A stretch of DNA of 63,944 bases, counting the filler, from Octopus bimaculoides (taxonomy: Eukaryota): assembly GCF_001194135.2 (NCBI RefSeq). It is 4 parts of 4 records of this genome, joined end to end, with 100 filler letters (N's around TTAATTAATTAA, not from the genome) between each part and the next. Parts side by side here need not be neighbours in the genome. Positions count along the whole stretch, not along the records: positions 24,612 to 43,764 come from NC_069000.1; positions 43,865 to 61,837 come from NC_068990.1; 2 more parts are not named here. The stretch is one strand, 5' to 3'. The translations under genes and the position numbers were made by a program. Positions 35,170 to 48,018 of the stretch are shown here, in pieces (positions within the stretch are counted from its first letter, which is position 1; every line of letters begins with the position of its first letter). Below the pieces are notes generated by a model. The model saw only the letters and a list, made by a program, of their open reading frames with translations, was not told the DNA's origin and made no database searches.

Positions 35170-36172
35170 ATGGCGAAAAGTAAAGAACTCACAAATGCAG
35201 TGAAAAACTTAATTATTGAACAGTGGAAAGCAGGTAAAAGTTACAGGAAAATATCAGAGATCCTTTGTATTCCATTTTCTACCATATCTTCATTTATTCA
35301 AAGATATAAAAAATCGGAAACTGTTACAAACAGAATAAGATCCGGTGCACCACGCAAGATTTCCCCTAGATCATTAAGAAAAATGATGCGAAGAATCGAA
35401 AAAATACGCAATGATCACCAGAAGGGAGTTGCAAGAAGATTTGTTAGCTTCAGCGACTAGTGTTACACTATGAACAATCAGAAATGAACTTCATAGGAAT
35501 GAACTGAAGTCACGCTCTCCTAGAAAAACTCTGCTGTTGACTAAAAGGTATAGAGATGCCTGTTTAAAATTTGTTTATGAACATAAAGATAAACCTGATA
35601 CATTCTGGGAAAATGTTCTATGGACAGACGAGTCAAAAACTGAATTGTTTGGATGAAATTCACGCAACCATGTTTGGAGGAAAGATGGTACCGCCTATTT
35701 GCCGAAAAACACAATTCCTACCGTAATGTTTGGAGGTGGAAACATCATGGTGTGGGGGTGTTTCTCTGTAAATGGCACTAGCAATTTACATGTTATAGAT
35801 GGTAGAATTATTTTGAACAATAATTTATGGGTCTCTGTAGAAAAGCTCCAGCTTTGTGAAGGGTGGGTTTTACAACAGGATAACAACACTAAGCACACGG
35901 CGAAGTCTACCAAAAAATGGATTGTCGATCACAATATAAAATTATTAGAATGGCCAAGCCAGTCACCTGACTTGAACCCCATTGAAAATTTGTGGTGGTA
36001 TTTGAAAATTAAAATTCATTCAAGAGCCCCAACGTGCATTCCAGATTTGAAGAAAATTTGTCAAAAAGAATGGGGAAAAATTCCTAAAGAAACATGTGAG
36101 TCATTGATTAAGAACTACAAGAAGAGATTGGTTGAAGTAGAACTGAATAATGGTTATGCTATGAAGTATTAA
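35170..36172 (+). pseudogene. Tc1 DD34E transposase pseudogene
   Basis: MAKSKELTNAVKNLIIEQWKAGKSYRKIS..SGAPRKIS; WTDESKTELFG; GGGNIMVWGCFS; QQDNNTKH followed 34 residues later by E in WPSQSPDLNPIENLW. Frameshifts and stops present. Confidence 0.95.
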
Positions 36173-36235
36173 ATCAGAATTATTGGTTATTTATGTTCTG
36201 TACGAATACTTTTTTTCACCCCTAAATATTTATAA

Positions 36236-37564
36236 TCTATAATATGAATTGAAGTTGGCCAACCGTTGTATTCTTTCTTGTCTTGAGGTTCACAGCCAAA
36301 TGGTTGGGTGGATTCGCATGAAAAATGGCACACATGTGGAGAGGGGTGCATAGATTGGAACGCACTTTCTTTTTTTTCCTAGCCCCCATACTTACAGAGA
36401 AAATCGATTAAAACAACCTGCGTGCATGTATGTGTGTGTCACTGAAGCCATTCATACATATATACATAATAAATAAACTGAATGATAAATTTCATTTATC
36501 TCTCTCTCTCTTTCTTTCTTTCTCTCTCATATACACATACACCATCAACATTACTCTCTGTCATGCACACCCTATCAAACATACACATTCACACACACAC
36601 AGACATACGCACGCATATCAATTCTCCCTTCTTACCACAACTTCAAAAGAAGTTCAGTCATAAAACTCTCCATGTATCTTCATTCGACGCCCACTTCAAA
36701 AGATTGCCTTCTCTTTTCACTTGTCCGGCCATTGATCGACAGATAAAACACAAACCAACTCCTGCTAAATGCAAAAATACACACACAAACGGACATTTCA
36801 TGTCTTTCAGTTTCTCTATGATTATACACGCGTCGAAAACAATAGCTCATTTTAATCTTCAACAGGTATGTATCAATTTCTATAATATAAATTGTTTTTC
36901 TATAAGCGTATAACAATTACTTATTCCATACTTCACTTTGCTTTTCTCTTCACTTTTCTTAAATTGGATATGTCTGCTATTAATTCTTACACACAATTTC
37001 CCCGTTCATTCTTACAGCTTCNNNNNNNNNNNNNNNNNNNNNNNNNNNNNNNNNNNNNNNNNNNNNNNNNNNNNNNNNNNNNNNNNNNNNNNNNNNNNNN
37101 NNNNNNNNNNNNNNNNNNNNNNNNNNNNNNNNNNNNNNNNNNNNNNNNNNNNNNNNNNNNNNNNNNNNNNNNNNNNNNNNNNNNNNNNNNNNNNNNNNNN
37201 NNNNNNNNNNNNNNNNNNNNNNNNNNNNNNNNNNNNNNNNNNNNNNNNNNNNNNNNNNNNNNNNNNNNNNNNNNNNNNNNNNNNNNNNNNNNNNNNNNNN
37301 NNNNNNNNNNNNNNNNNNNNNNNNNNNNNNNNNNNNNNNNNNNNNNNNNAGAATAGCTCTCACAAACAGACAAATTCTTTCTTCACAACTCCTGAAGCCA
37401 TTTTCTGACAAGAGGGGGTGAAATCTTCATACAGCTGGAGGCTCCAATTGAAACAGGACACGAAATGATCAGGTTGAGAAATGCTGTTATAGATTATGCC
37501 TAACCAAAAACAATCACAGCCACATCATCCAAACAGACCGGGTGAAACCGGGTTTAGCTGCTAG
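36236..37564 (+). mobile_element. Non-autonomous Helitron-like element inserted in the right TIR of the Tc1
   Basis: A|TCTATAATA start and gaccgggtgaaaccgggtttagctgCTAG end. Tc1 TIR sequence resumes on both sides. The base after CTAG is G rather than the expected T. Confidence 0.7.
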
Positions 37565-38739
37565 GTGTATATAAATTCATTAGTTACTATAATTTATAAG
37601 TTTCTTTTGCATATTCTTAGTTTATGCATGTGTATGCAAATATAGTATTGGTATATCCCATTTATGTTTATTAGAAATTAAATAAAGAATTTTGACATGT
37701 ACGAATATTTATTTCCCCCCACTGTATATATTTATTCTATTCTATTTTATTTTTATTCTATTTTGATTTTAATTCTATTTTTATTTTATTATTTTATTTT
37801 ATTTCTTATTAAATTTAAATTTATGTTAGCTCTCATACACATACACTAAAAAAATAAAATCAATTTTATATATTTAGTCTGCTGGAAAGAACAGATTGGT
37901 CAACATGTAATTTTTTTATGTCTAATATTTTCCTGATGATATTTTGCTCATAACTTATAAATGCAGATTTATTGCATATATTTGTAATTTATTGAATGAT
38001 TACAAATTGAAACAATTGTAGGAATGAACGATTTATTAAAAAACAAATATTAATCATTAGCTCTCCATTTTCTTCTCTTAATTGAATATGGATTACATAC
38101 ATACATATATATATATATCAGTCAGTTGTTCCTAAGTCTGAAAAAATAATGCTTTAAAATCTTTTGAGCAGTAATATGTAATGCAGTTGTTAGTTATACC
38201 CAGTCCAGGAGTTAGCATTGGTTTTGCACCTATTATGGTCTTAGCGATATAAGTGGCTCCTCAGACCTGCTGGACAGAGGAACTTAACACTCTACTACTG
38301 GAGGTAGGAATACAGGAAATCGTGCATATACTGACTTGGGGGGTGGGGGACACAAATGGAACTGGTCAAAGGGAGATAACTCTGTCACACTCAGAACAAA
38401 ATGTCACTTGGAATTTTGTTTCCAGGCTTTTTCTCACAACTAATGGTAACTCTCTGACTAATCATCATCAACCACTACATTAAATGTGTGTGTGTGTGTG
38501 GACACGGACACACACACTCACAAAGTAGATCAGTTATAATAATCTCAGATAATATTACTAAAATTAGTCAGTGCCAAAATATTTATAATGAATTAAGAAT
38601 TTTCACACAATTATTATAAACTTGTTAGATTCATTAGCATTTAGCACATTTACATTTAAATCTGCTGGAACATATTAAAAATGAATATGTACATAATTCT
38701 TCTAATTCTCACAGTTCACCTGACAATTTATTACCAGTT

Positions 38740-38880
38740 GGCAGGAATCATCAAGTTCCAATCTGATTTGGCTTCGTTTCCACAGCCAGATGCTCTTCTT
38801 AATGCCAACCACTTTACAGAGTGTACTGGGTGCTTTTTACATGATACTGGCAGAGGTGCACTTCACATGGCTTGACACAG
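38740..38880 (-). mobile_element. Degenerate copy of the retroposon tail at 24860-25125
   Basis: Reverse complement catgtaaaaagcacccagtacactctgtaaagtggttggcattaagaagagcatctggctgtggaaac...ccaaatcagatt. Confidence 0.65.
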
Positions 38881-40238
38881 TTGCTTTTAACATGGCCTGG
38901 CACAATATGTCAGCAAGTAGTTTATTTGCAGAATTTATAAAAAACAAAAGCCACAAACTCTTGTCAGATTCATTAGTTGAAAGTAGCTTTGGGTGAGGAG
39001 ATTGAATGTTGAAACACCCAGTGTCCCAAGGTCTCCTTACTCTAATGAATCAAGTGTGTTATGAATATACAATCACCTGAAAAGAGAAGTTGTTCTCCAA
39101 TGATGAAATACAATAATGATTAGTATATTCACTTTGATTTTGTTGACATGTATTTAGAATGAATGTGTCATCATAAAAATTATCCGTTTATTAGAATAAA
39201 AGCTCTGGATACTGTTAAAATTTTCAAGTTAATCAGTAAATAATCACTACTAGTAATGTATTGTCTATTGAGATGAAACACATGGCAGATGTATGATGAT
39301 GGAGGTCGATGGTAGATGTGGTGGTGATGGAAGTAGAGATACTTGTATATTGAGTTAGTGTGTTTGATGGTATAGGCATATGTGTGTGTATGTTCAGACA
39401 GACAGAGGAAGTCATTTATCATAACCATGGACAATGTTATAAAATTGTTATTGTATTAAAATTAGTGAGTCCCAAACTATAAATTTAAAGAGAATCAGAA
39501 ATCCAGGTATTGTTATCAAAAATACTTAGTCGAAGATGCTAAATGAAAGAAGCCTGTGAAAAATGAAGTTCAAGGAACACATGGGAATAGTTGTTGAAGG
39601 CTGATCTCACAAAGGAGATGATAAAGGAATACAGCAAGTGGTGAAACAGCAGTGTGCTGGAGAAGACCTGTCCAACCCAGACAAGTATGGAGAAACATAT
39701 GATGATAAATTGTTGTTGTAGTCAAGTATCAACACTTATATATTAACAATTTAGTCACTGACACTCTATTACACAGTATGTAACATATGTTACATAAACA
39801 ACAAGCTTCTAGTTCAATTACACTGACTTGAGTTCAAATCTATTGAACAGCAGTTATAAACTTTAACCCAATTGCTGGACACTGCAAGCTTCACTATGTG
39901 GTGGTAGAGACAACAAATATGTATTTCAAAGGCAATCTGTGGCTCATAAATTAAGGTAGCCTTCTCAGCCAACAGAACAGTGACAGTTACTTGATCAACA
40001 AGACGTTACAGCCAAATTTCTGCAAATTATATCTGCCTTTAAAAAAAATGAAAGGAACACTGGAGAATGTTACCCCAAGAAGAAATAGTTATGATTGGGA
40101 TGTCTTTAATAACTTCTCAATCAGGGATGACCTAGGGTTAATTAACAGCAACTAACTCGTTAAGTAATGCAGTCATCCACCTCTACCTGCAGCATATTTC
40201 TTAAAAATAAGGAGTTAAAGAAAAATTACTACACTTAC

Positions 40239-40430
40239 CAAATCAAAGATGTTTGGTCTGGACTGATTACCAATATATAACAAATCTTTAAAGCCCTTTG
40301 TTATAACCAAGGCAATCCTTTCTCCTTTGCGTTCTAGTAGGGCATTAGTTGCTACAGTAGTACCCATGCGTATCCAATCAATACAGCTAGTGTCCATAGG
40401 TTTATCAGCAGGTATAGGATGGCCAGTTTC
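40239..40430 (-). CDS. OPLAH: 5-oxoprolinase (ATP-hydrolysing), hydantoinase A N-terminal region; single internal exon, phase 0-0, 64 aa
   Basis: Acceptor ccttttttcttacag and donor TTG|gtaagt. [64 protein letters not shown] matches the recalled OPLAH motif [22 protein letters not shown] (about residues 58-121 of the human protein). No stops. Confidence 0.95.
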
Positions 40431-41997
40431 CTGTAAGAAAAAAGGAACAAATAACATTAAAAACAAAGAAAGCAATTTGTTGCATATTCATTTAGTTTTT
40501 GTTGAGCATTCATTTATTTTAAAGTTCATTCTGCTGTAAAGGAGATAGAATAAAGGCAGAGTTTTGTAATTGCCGTTTGATACCAAGTCATCCCTAATTC
40601 AGAAGACTTGGGCAACCTATGATCATCCTACTTTCTCCAATGTCCTCCTACCATTTTTTTAATAAAATGGTGGAGTATGATTTGAGGGGTATTTGGTTAC
40701 TATTTCCAGTCATGAAGAAAACAAGCAAAACAGTGTCATCACAGCTATATTTTTTATCGCTCAGTCAGGTGAGTATGGCAGGGCCCATGACAAGACATCT
40801 GAGATTGGTGAAAGGAGTGAGGGGAAGAAGGAATTCTTAATTAGAGAGCTAGAACAAATGCTTGCAATAGAGTGGACTATACTGAAGGCACTCACAGTGG
40901 CAAGTGGTGGTGTTGAGTCATGAAACTGATTAAGCTTATCACTTGAGTAGCCATGGAAGCATTTGAGCATGGAATAATAAGAGCAAAAACAAGTACTGCA
41001 AGGATTCGGGTCTGACACTAATATTTTGGTCAATCCACTACATGCCACAGGTGCTTTAATAATTGACCTTGGAAGGATGAAAACAAAGCTGACCTTAGCA
41101 GGATTTGTGCTAAGAACATAAGGTATTTTATCCAATACACTAATGCTTACAGTAAACTACTAAATCACTGTTTAACTTCTCAATTTGAAATAACAATGGC
41201 CAAGTTAATAACTGGTAATGACTCCTTCAAGCGTAACTATTTATAGAGGGGTTATACCAGTTTGTTTAATATTAACTTTGGAGGGAAATGCTTTGCGATA
41301 TTCAATTACAATTTTTTACATTCTGAGTTTAAAACCCTTACGAGATCAACTTGGGCTGTGCAAATTTGACTATCCTGTCTGGCAAGGTTACGTTATTCTA
41401 CTTTTCTGAAATAGTACAGCATGGGCTAAAGAAGTTTTAGCTACTATTTCAAGCCTTGTGCTATAGTGAGCTTTTTGCAGATGATGTTATAAAGAAATGT
41501 CAGAACAGATTGAGTTGTTTTTCAACCTTAAGTCAGCCTCGACCTAGCAGACATATAATCAAAAGGTATTCAAGTTATGACCAGACTTATCCAATGAATT
41601 CTCTGTTTTTTTTTTTATTTTTAAAGCCAGTAATGTGTGGTTTGAGAGAGATTTGCCTACTCTTTCTGCCAGGTTGAATGATCATGTAAAGGCTCCATTG
41701 TTGACTCCCAGGTGTATATAAAGAGATGGTGATAGTACAAGCAATATTATTACAGATAACAACAAAAACAAAATCAGTCTAGAAGTTGTGTAATACTACA
41801 TTAATAAGACTTATATTTAAATAATGGCGTTTGGGAAAATTCTACACTTTATAAATACTTTTATTTTTCTGTTTGGGAATAGTATATCTCAAAGTACACA
41901 GATCAAGCTATAAATAATAGCTTGTAAATACTGGGTTGAATAAACTTTTTGGATTGAGAAAGTCACAAGCAGTCTTCAAATTTTTCTAATCAAAAGG

Positions 41998-42031
41998 ATA
42001 TATATATATGTATATATATATACATATATAC

Positions 42032-42062
<31 letters not shown>

Positions 42063-42410
42063 CATATATACATATATACATATATATATACATATATATA
42101 TACATATATAAAATATATATATATATATACATATATACATATATAAAATATATATATATATATACATATATACATATATAAAATATATATATATATATAC
42201 ATATATACATATATACATATATACATATATATATACATATATATATACATATATACATATATATATATATATACATATATACATATATATACATATATAC
42301 ATATATACATATATATACATATATACATATATACATATATATATATATATACATATATACATATATATATATATATACATATATACATATATATACATAT
42401 ATACATATAT

Positions 42411-42441
<31 letters not shown>

Positions 42442-42490
42442 TACATATATAGATATATATACATATATAGATATATATATATATATACTT
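41998..42490. repeat. Long compound (TA)n/(TACATA)n microsatellite
   Basis: Directly visible. It is the source of the YIYMY ORFs. Confidence 0.97.
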
Positions 42491-42597
42491 TATTGAAAAG
42501 CAGCAGAAATATCACAAAAATTATTACTCAAGAGTTTTACGTTCCCGTTTGTTGGACAATTTTGTTTAGAATCTATATATATGTATATATATATATC

Positions 42598-43568
42598 ATG
42601 TTGGACAACATACAGGGGGCTTCCATGGCATACAAGGAGGCTATGGTTTTGGTTCCTGCAATGAGGAGGGAACCAAGCTGCTGGAGTTCTGCGATGCAAA
42701 TGACCTTATGGTTTGCGATACTTCAGGAAACCTGCCAGTCACCTAGTCACCAACTGTTCAGGCAGACACACTAGCAAAATTGACTACATCCTTGCCAGAA
42801 AAAGGGGAAGATGGCTATTTATAAATGCCAAAACCTTCCCAGGCAAAGAATGTACCCCACAATATAGACTAGTAGTTAGTGAGTCAGGATCAGGGCTAAG
42901 TGGTTGCCCAGAAGATGACCAGCATGGAGGAGAAGGGTCTGGAAGCTTAAAGATCCTACATATGGACAGAGATTTAGAGATGTGTTACTCGAAACCGTCA
43001 ACGATATAGAAGGGGATATAGCATCACATAATGTGGAAGACAATTGGAGGTTTCTACAGGACAACCTACTGAGAGCGACTAACCAGATCTGTGAATGGTG
43101 CAAAGTCCCCTCTCGACCCAAAGTAACGTGGTGGTGAAACAATGTTGTTGACAGGGCTATTAGACAAAAGAAACAGGTTTGGAAGAACTGGAAGAATGGA
43201 GGTAGCAGGGAATTGTATCAGACTGCCACAAGGGAAGCTAGGAGACAGGTTTATTTAGCCAGAGGGGAAGCAGATAAGAAAAAATTTGCCTATGTTCTGC
43301 ACCATGAGGACCAAAGACTTAAGTTATTTCGTGTTGCAAGAGAGTGTGTGAGAGAGAATCGTGATGTCGTAGGAGAGAAATGTGTCCGCATGGATGAGGG
43401 TTCACTTGCACTAAACGTGGCTGCAAAGAGAGAGGTTTGGAGATACCACTATGAAAGGTTGCTCAATAAAGAGAATGAATGGGAGAAAGAGAGTCTGCCG
43501 AATGACAACCCAACAGAGGGACCAGCTATCCAAGTTGACAGTACCATGGTAGATAAAGCAATTAAGAG
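42598..43568 (+). pseudogene. RTE-clade LINE fragment (AP endonuclease C-terminal half and linker to RT)
   Basis: [75 protein letters not shown] and WRYHYERLLNKENEW. Frameshifts present. Confidence 0.87.
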
Positions 43569-43764
43569 TGTAGTAACGCTGTGCGCATGCGTAGTCTCAC
43601 GCATGCGTGGAATTCAACAACCAAGCTTTCCCGCTTCATTCTGTCTCTTTCTTGCTGGCCAGTGATTGAGCAAGGACGTGTTTAGCTGTCTCTCTCCATC
43701 TTTCGAACTTACGCTAGACAGCTCGCTCACATCTACATACCAACGTCCCAACAACCATGCTCAC
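43569..43764 (+). mobile_element. Possible LTR start (TGTAG...) interrupting the RTE, truncated by the scaffold join
   Basis: The RTE frame breaks at AIK-AG and a CpG-rich sequence starting TGTAG begins. The other end is not visible. Confidence 0.3.
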
Positions 43765-43864
43765 NNNNNNNNNNNNNNNNNNNNNNNNNNNNNNNNNNNN
43801 NNNNNNNNTTAATTAATTAANNNNNNNNNNNNNNNNNNNNNNNNNNNNNNNNNNNNNNNNNNNN
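43765..43864. other. Artificial scaffold-join spacer
   Basis: 44 N + TTAATTAATTAA + 44 N. Confidence 0.95.
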
Positions 43865-45139
43865 TTCGTAACATTTTACCTCATAACTCTTTTTCTACTA
43901 ATTTTTGTTCAATGCGACTAGTGGTCCTGAATTTCTCATGCATTTTTTTCTATCATTTAAACCTAAGAAATTTATCCTTTTAATTTTAAATTTTAAAAAT
44001 TATGTTAATTGAAGATGAATATCTACCTTACTGCCCCCCCCCCCCTTGGGGTCGCAGATATTTTGATGTAACTTTTTTTGTTACTGAACCAAATCTCAAA
44101 CTATTTATGCCAAAGTGTAGCTGAGGAGGTGTCTTCTTTAAAACGATTAACAGTTTGCAATTTAGTTGAGAACTGAATTAGTGGTGAAGCTTGGAAGCTG
44201 CAGCGATTGACGAAATTGTGGACTTAAGAATATATTCAACTACGACCGTAGTTGAATGATTAATGATGTATCTGTAAAACCTAACTTTCTATCTCAAAGC
44301 CTGGACAATTTAATTTCAGATTATCTCATAAAATCTTTTATATCTGTTAATATCAATCTCTCCATTTGACGTTGTCTTTATTCTCATCTTCTTCTATACT
44401 CACATCCCAAATATATTTATTATATACTCAGCCATGCATCACAAATGTAGAGCATAAGGGCGCCGTAGGTGCCTAACAATACTGTCTTTTAATAATGAAA
44501 ACACCAGGAGGCCCTTGTTTCATTTCCAGGTGTTGTTGGGCGTCGCCTTCTCCATTAGTTGTTTTTTCTTTCTTTTACTGATCTTTGATGAGTTTTTATT
44601 TTTATCCTGCTGGATATCCATACACCACCCTATCTATTAAATGATCCAGTGATGTTAAGTTACACTAAAGCCACTCTACGTGGCAACAATGTGCCAATAG
44701 GCATAGTTACTTGATAAAAAGAAATGTAGATCTTTTTTTCTTAATTTAATTTATGGTTTCAATGTCTAATGTGTCAGTTCTAGGTTTCCGAAGAAAATAA
44801 GATGTGAATACCGTCAAAAACTTTTTCATTTATTACACCTTCAGATTTGAACAATAATTGATCATATTAAGTATGTAATTCAACCTTCAGGACATTCAAA
44901 CACATTTACTTGCTCGCAGAAGGTAATTCTACATCAGCTACGCGCACAGGTACGCAAACACACACGCACGCACGCATACACACACATATTCTCACGTACA
45001 CACATGCACACACACGCATGCAAACACACGCATGCACACACACACGCACACATACATACATGATACACATACATATATTGCAAACATACACAGATCTATA
45101 TTAATTTGTAATACTTTTGAGGAAATCGTAACAATACAC

Positions 45140-45815
45140 AAGAGAGTTGGATGACCTCCATTACAAGCAATCTTAGCACGCCAGTCGAAATGCTTAGCGG
45201 CATTTCGTCCGTCTTCACACTCTGAGTTCAAATTCCACAAAGGTGGACTTTGCCTTTTATCATTTTTGGGTCGATAAATTAAGTACCAGTTGAGCACTGG
45301 GGTTGATGTAATCGACTTAGCCCCTCTTCGAAATTGCTAGCCTTGTGCCAAAATTTGAAATCATTATTATCATCATTCAGGAAGTGGTGATCTGGCAGAA
45401 GCGCTAGCACGTCGGACAAAAACCTAAGCAGCGTTTAGTGTGTCTATATTTTCAGTTCAAATTCTGCCAAGGTCGACTTCGCCTTTTATCCTTTCGTAGT
45501 CAAAGAAATTAGTACTAGGTGAACAATGAGTCGATATAATCGACGAGCCCGATGTTTGAAAATTTCCACCCTTGTGCCTAAAGTAAAAAGGATTATTGTT
45601 ACTATCATACAAGGTGGCGAACTGTGAGAATCGTTAGAACGCCGAACAAATTGGTCAGTGGCATTTCGTCCGTCATTTTGCACTAAATTCCATTTGCGCC
45701 TAAGTCGACTTTGCCTTTTATCCTCCTGGAGGTCGGTGAAATAAATACCTGTTGCGTACTATGGTCGTTGTAATTGACTACACCCTTCTACAAAGTCCAG
45801 GTCTTGTTCCTATAA
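45140..45815 (+). mobile_element. Three head-to-tail SINE family A copies
   Basis: The core (gttcaaatt...gtcgactttgcctttt-atc) recurs near 45225, 45455 and 45700, separated by short (ATT/ATC)n tails. Confidence 0.85.
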
Positions 45816-47965
45816 TAGAAAGAATTATTACCATTAATAATCATCATCATAAACTTATTCCTGAAGAGAAGAGTGAAACCGCTAGGTTCCTAACTTTGAT
45901 ATATATATATATATATNNNNNNNNNNNNNNNNNNNNNNNNNNNNNNNNNNNNNNNNNNNNNNNNNNNNNNNNNNNNNNNNNNNNNNNNNNNNNNNNNNNN
46001 NNNNNNNNNNNNNNNNNNNNNNNNNNNNNNNNNNNNNNNNNNNNNNNNNNNNNNNNNNNNNNNNNNNNNNNNNNNNNNNNNNNNNNNNNNNNNNNNNNNN
46101 NNNNNNNNNNNNNNNNNNNNNNNNNNNNNNNNNNNNNNNNNNNNNNNNNNNNNNNNNNNNNNNNNNNNNNNNNNNNNNNNNNNNNNNNNNNNNNNNNNNN
46201 NNNNNNNNNNNNNNNNNNNNNNNNNNNNNNNNNNNNNNNNNNNNNNNNNNNNNNNNNTTAATATAAAGAAATTGCATATTTAGTGGGTTTCTATTAACCC
46301 GCCTTAAGTGCATAATCTTTGAATAACCTAGAAGATTCATGAGCATTGCTCTAGTTGTGTTTTGTGTAACTTGACATTTTTTAAAAAAAATAACAAATAG
46401 CCTCTTGGTAAATACTATGCCTGCGTCCCTCTATTTTTCTCCCGTCTCTTTCTTTCTCCTTTCCCCCTCTCTCTAATTTGCACTGAATATAATGACTCTA
46501 ATTGCTTCAAAAAAGTAGGTTAATCTGTACTTAGACGTAGAATTTGAACATTTTCTTGTGATTTATATATTTGAAGTTAAATGCTGACTGAAAACGATCA
46601 ACTGTATATTAAATAAAATAATCGAATAAGAGACGCCAGTAATCTCTGCTATGCTTTGACAATTATTTTATTTATCTTTAGACTGATCGGATGAAAATTA
46701 GAAATTCTTCTTAGAAGATATTATAGAACAGACAACCGTACAGTATCAAACTGATATTATCTAGTTAAACATTATTCATTACAAAACTATAACTATCTGA
46801 TAAATGATTAAAATGCTTGGAAATACAATGAAATAAACATATGAGAAGACAAATAGCGACTGTTTCGATTATAATTAATATAAACCTTTAAGATTGATAT
46901 CATAGTGATGAGAAAAAGATTACAATATGTAATACATCAGTAGGAAAACAAGAGAAATGTATCTATAATAAATTACAACAAAGTTCTGTTGGAATTGTTA
47001 GATCAATATTTGCTATATTGATATTAGAAATGCCTGTGTAAACGTGGAAAGAGATAAAAACGCCATGACAAAGAGGACAACTTAAATAAACAGATGTGTT
47101 AGTCTCACGAAACCGAATCGAAAAAAAAAAAGAAGAAAAGAAAAAAGAATAATTTAGAAGAAAATAGATAAAATGGAGAAAGAACAACGTATGTACTGAA
47201 CAAAATAAGCTGAGAAAATAAAGCACCTAAGCAAAAACAGTAAGAAAAATGTTCGGAAACAAGAAAGAGCAACAGAAAAAGGACGGTTTAAGAAGGAAAG
47301 AAAAAAGACGATGTGTAGAATAATTGGTAGGTTTTGAAGATAGGAAAAAGAAAATGAGTTGTGACAAAAGTTGAAAGAATGGTGAAGAATAATCGGAAAA
47401 AGAAGAAAATTTTAAGAAAACACATCGAAAAGAAACTTGGCGAAATGTGTGTGGTAAACAGGAGAGTGAAAAACATCAAGTGAAAACAACAGATTTGATA
47501 TAGCTCGAAGAACAAGTGCCGTTTGTTACTAAAGATCTATCTAGCTACGTATTATCATCTACCAAATAACATACTTGCTTTTACATCAATCAATCTATTT
47601 TTCTATCCATCTCCGTCGAACCGCTAAATGTAACTATCATGTTCCTTTCTTATAATTGGTGAAGATTATTTCTGAGTGCAAAATATTACTTTAAATGATG
47701 TATTCTACACGACCCACTAGCCTGGCTAGGCTGTTATTTTATTTACCTACTTTTTTTTCCACTCTGAGGACCCAAACATCATTATTATTTATATTCTAGG
47801 ATAAACAATAAGCAAAGCACTGTTTAATAAATAGAAGCGATAGGTGAAAACTAAAGTGCTGGGATGCGTTTGGAAAGAGTTCCAATTCGTAAGCGATCGA
47901 ATAAAACAAGACAAAGAACACACACACAGGTACATGCAAGCGTACATAAGAGCATACAATAAATG

Positions 47966-48018
<53 letters not shown>

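Larger units (their letters stand above)
34808..37724 (+). mobile_element. Tc1-family DNA transposon of IR/DR type, with about 200-bp TIRs and a TA target duplication
   Basis: TA|cagtggggggaaataaatattt at 34808 and aatatttatttccccccactg|TA at 37724. The left TIR (34808 to about 35012) is mirrored by 37565-37724 plus 36195-36235, so the right TIR is split by an insertion. Confidence 0.95.

Noticed and set aside
38221-38483. Further OPLAH exon (cctgctggac resembling SGPAG in reverse)
   Set aside because: The frame does not give SGPAGG and the surrounding translation has no OPLAH similarity.
26410-43568. The two RTE fragments as one disrupted element
   Set aside because: They are on opposite strands about 16 kb apart and best treated as independent copies.
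46963-47515. Hydrophobic F/L-rich minus-strand ORFs
   Set aside because: They arise from a low-complexity purine-rich tract on the plus strand.
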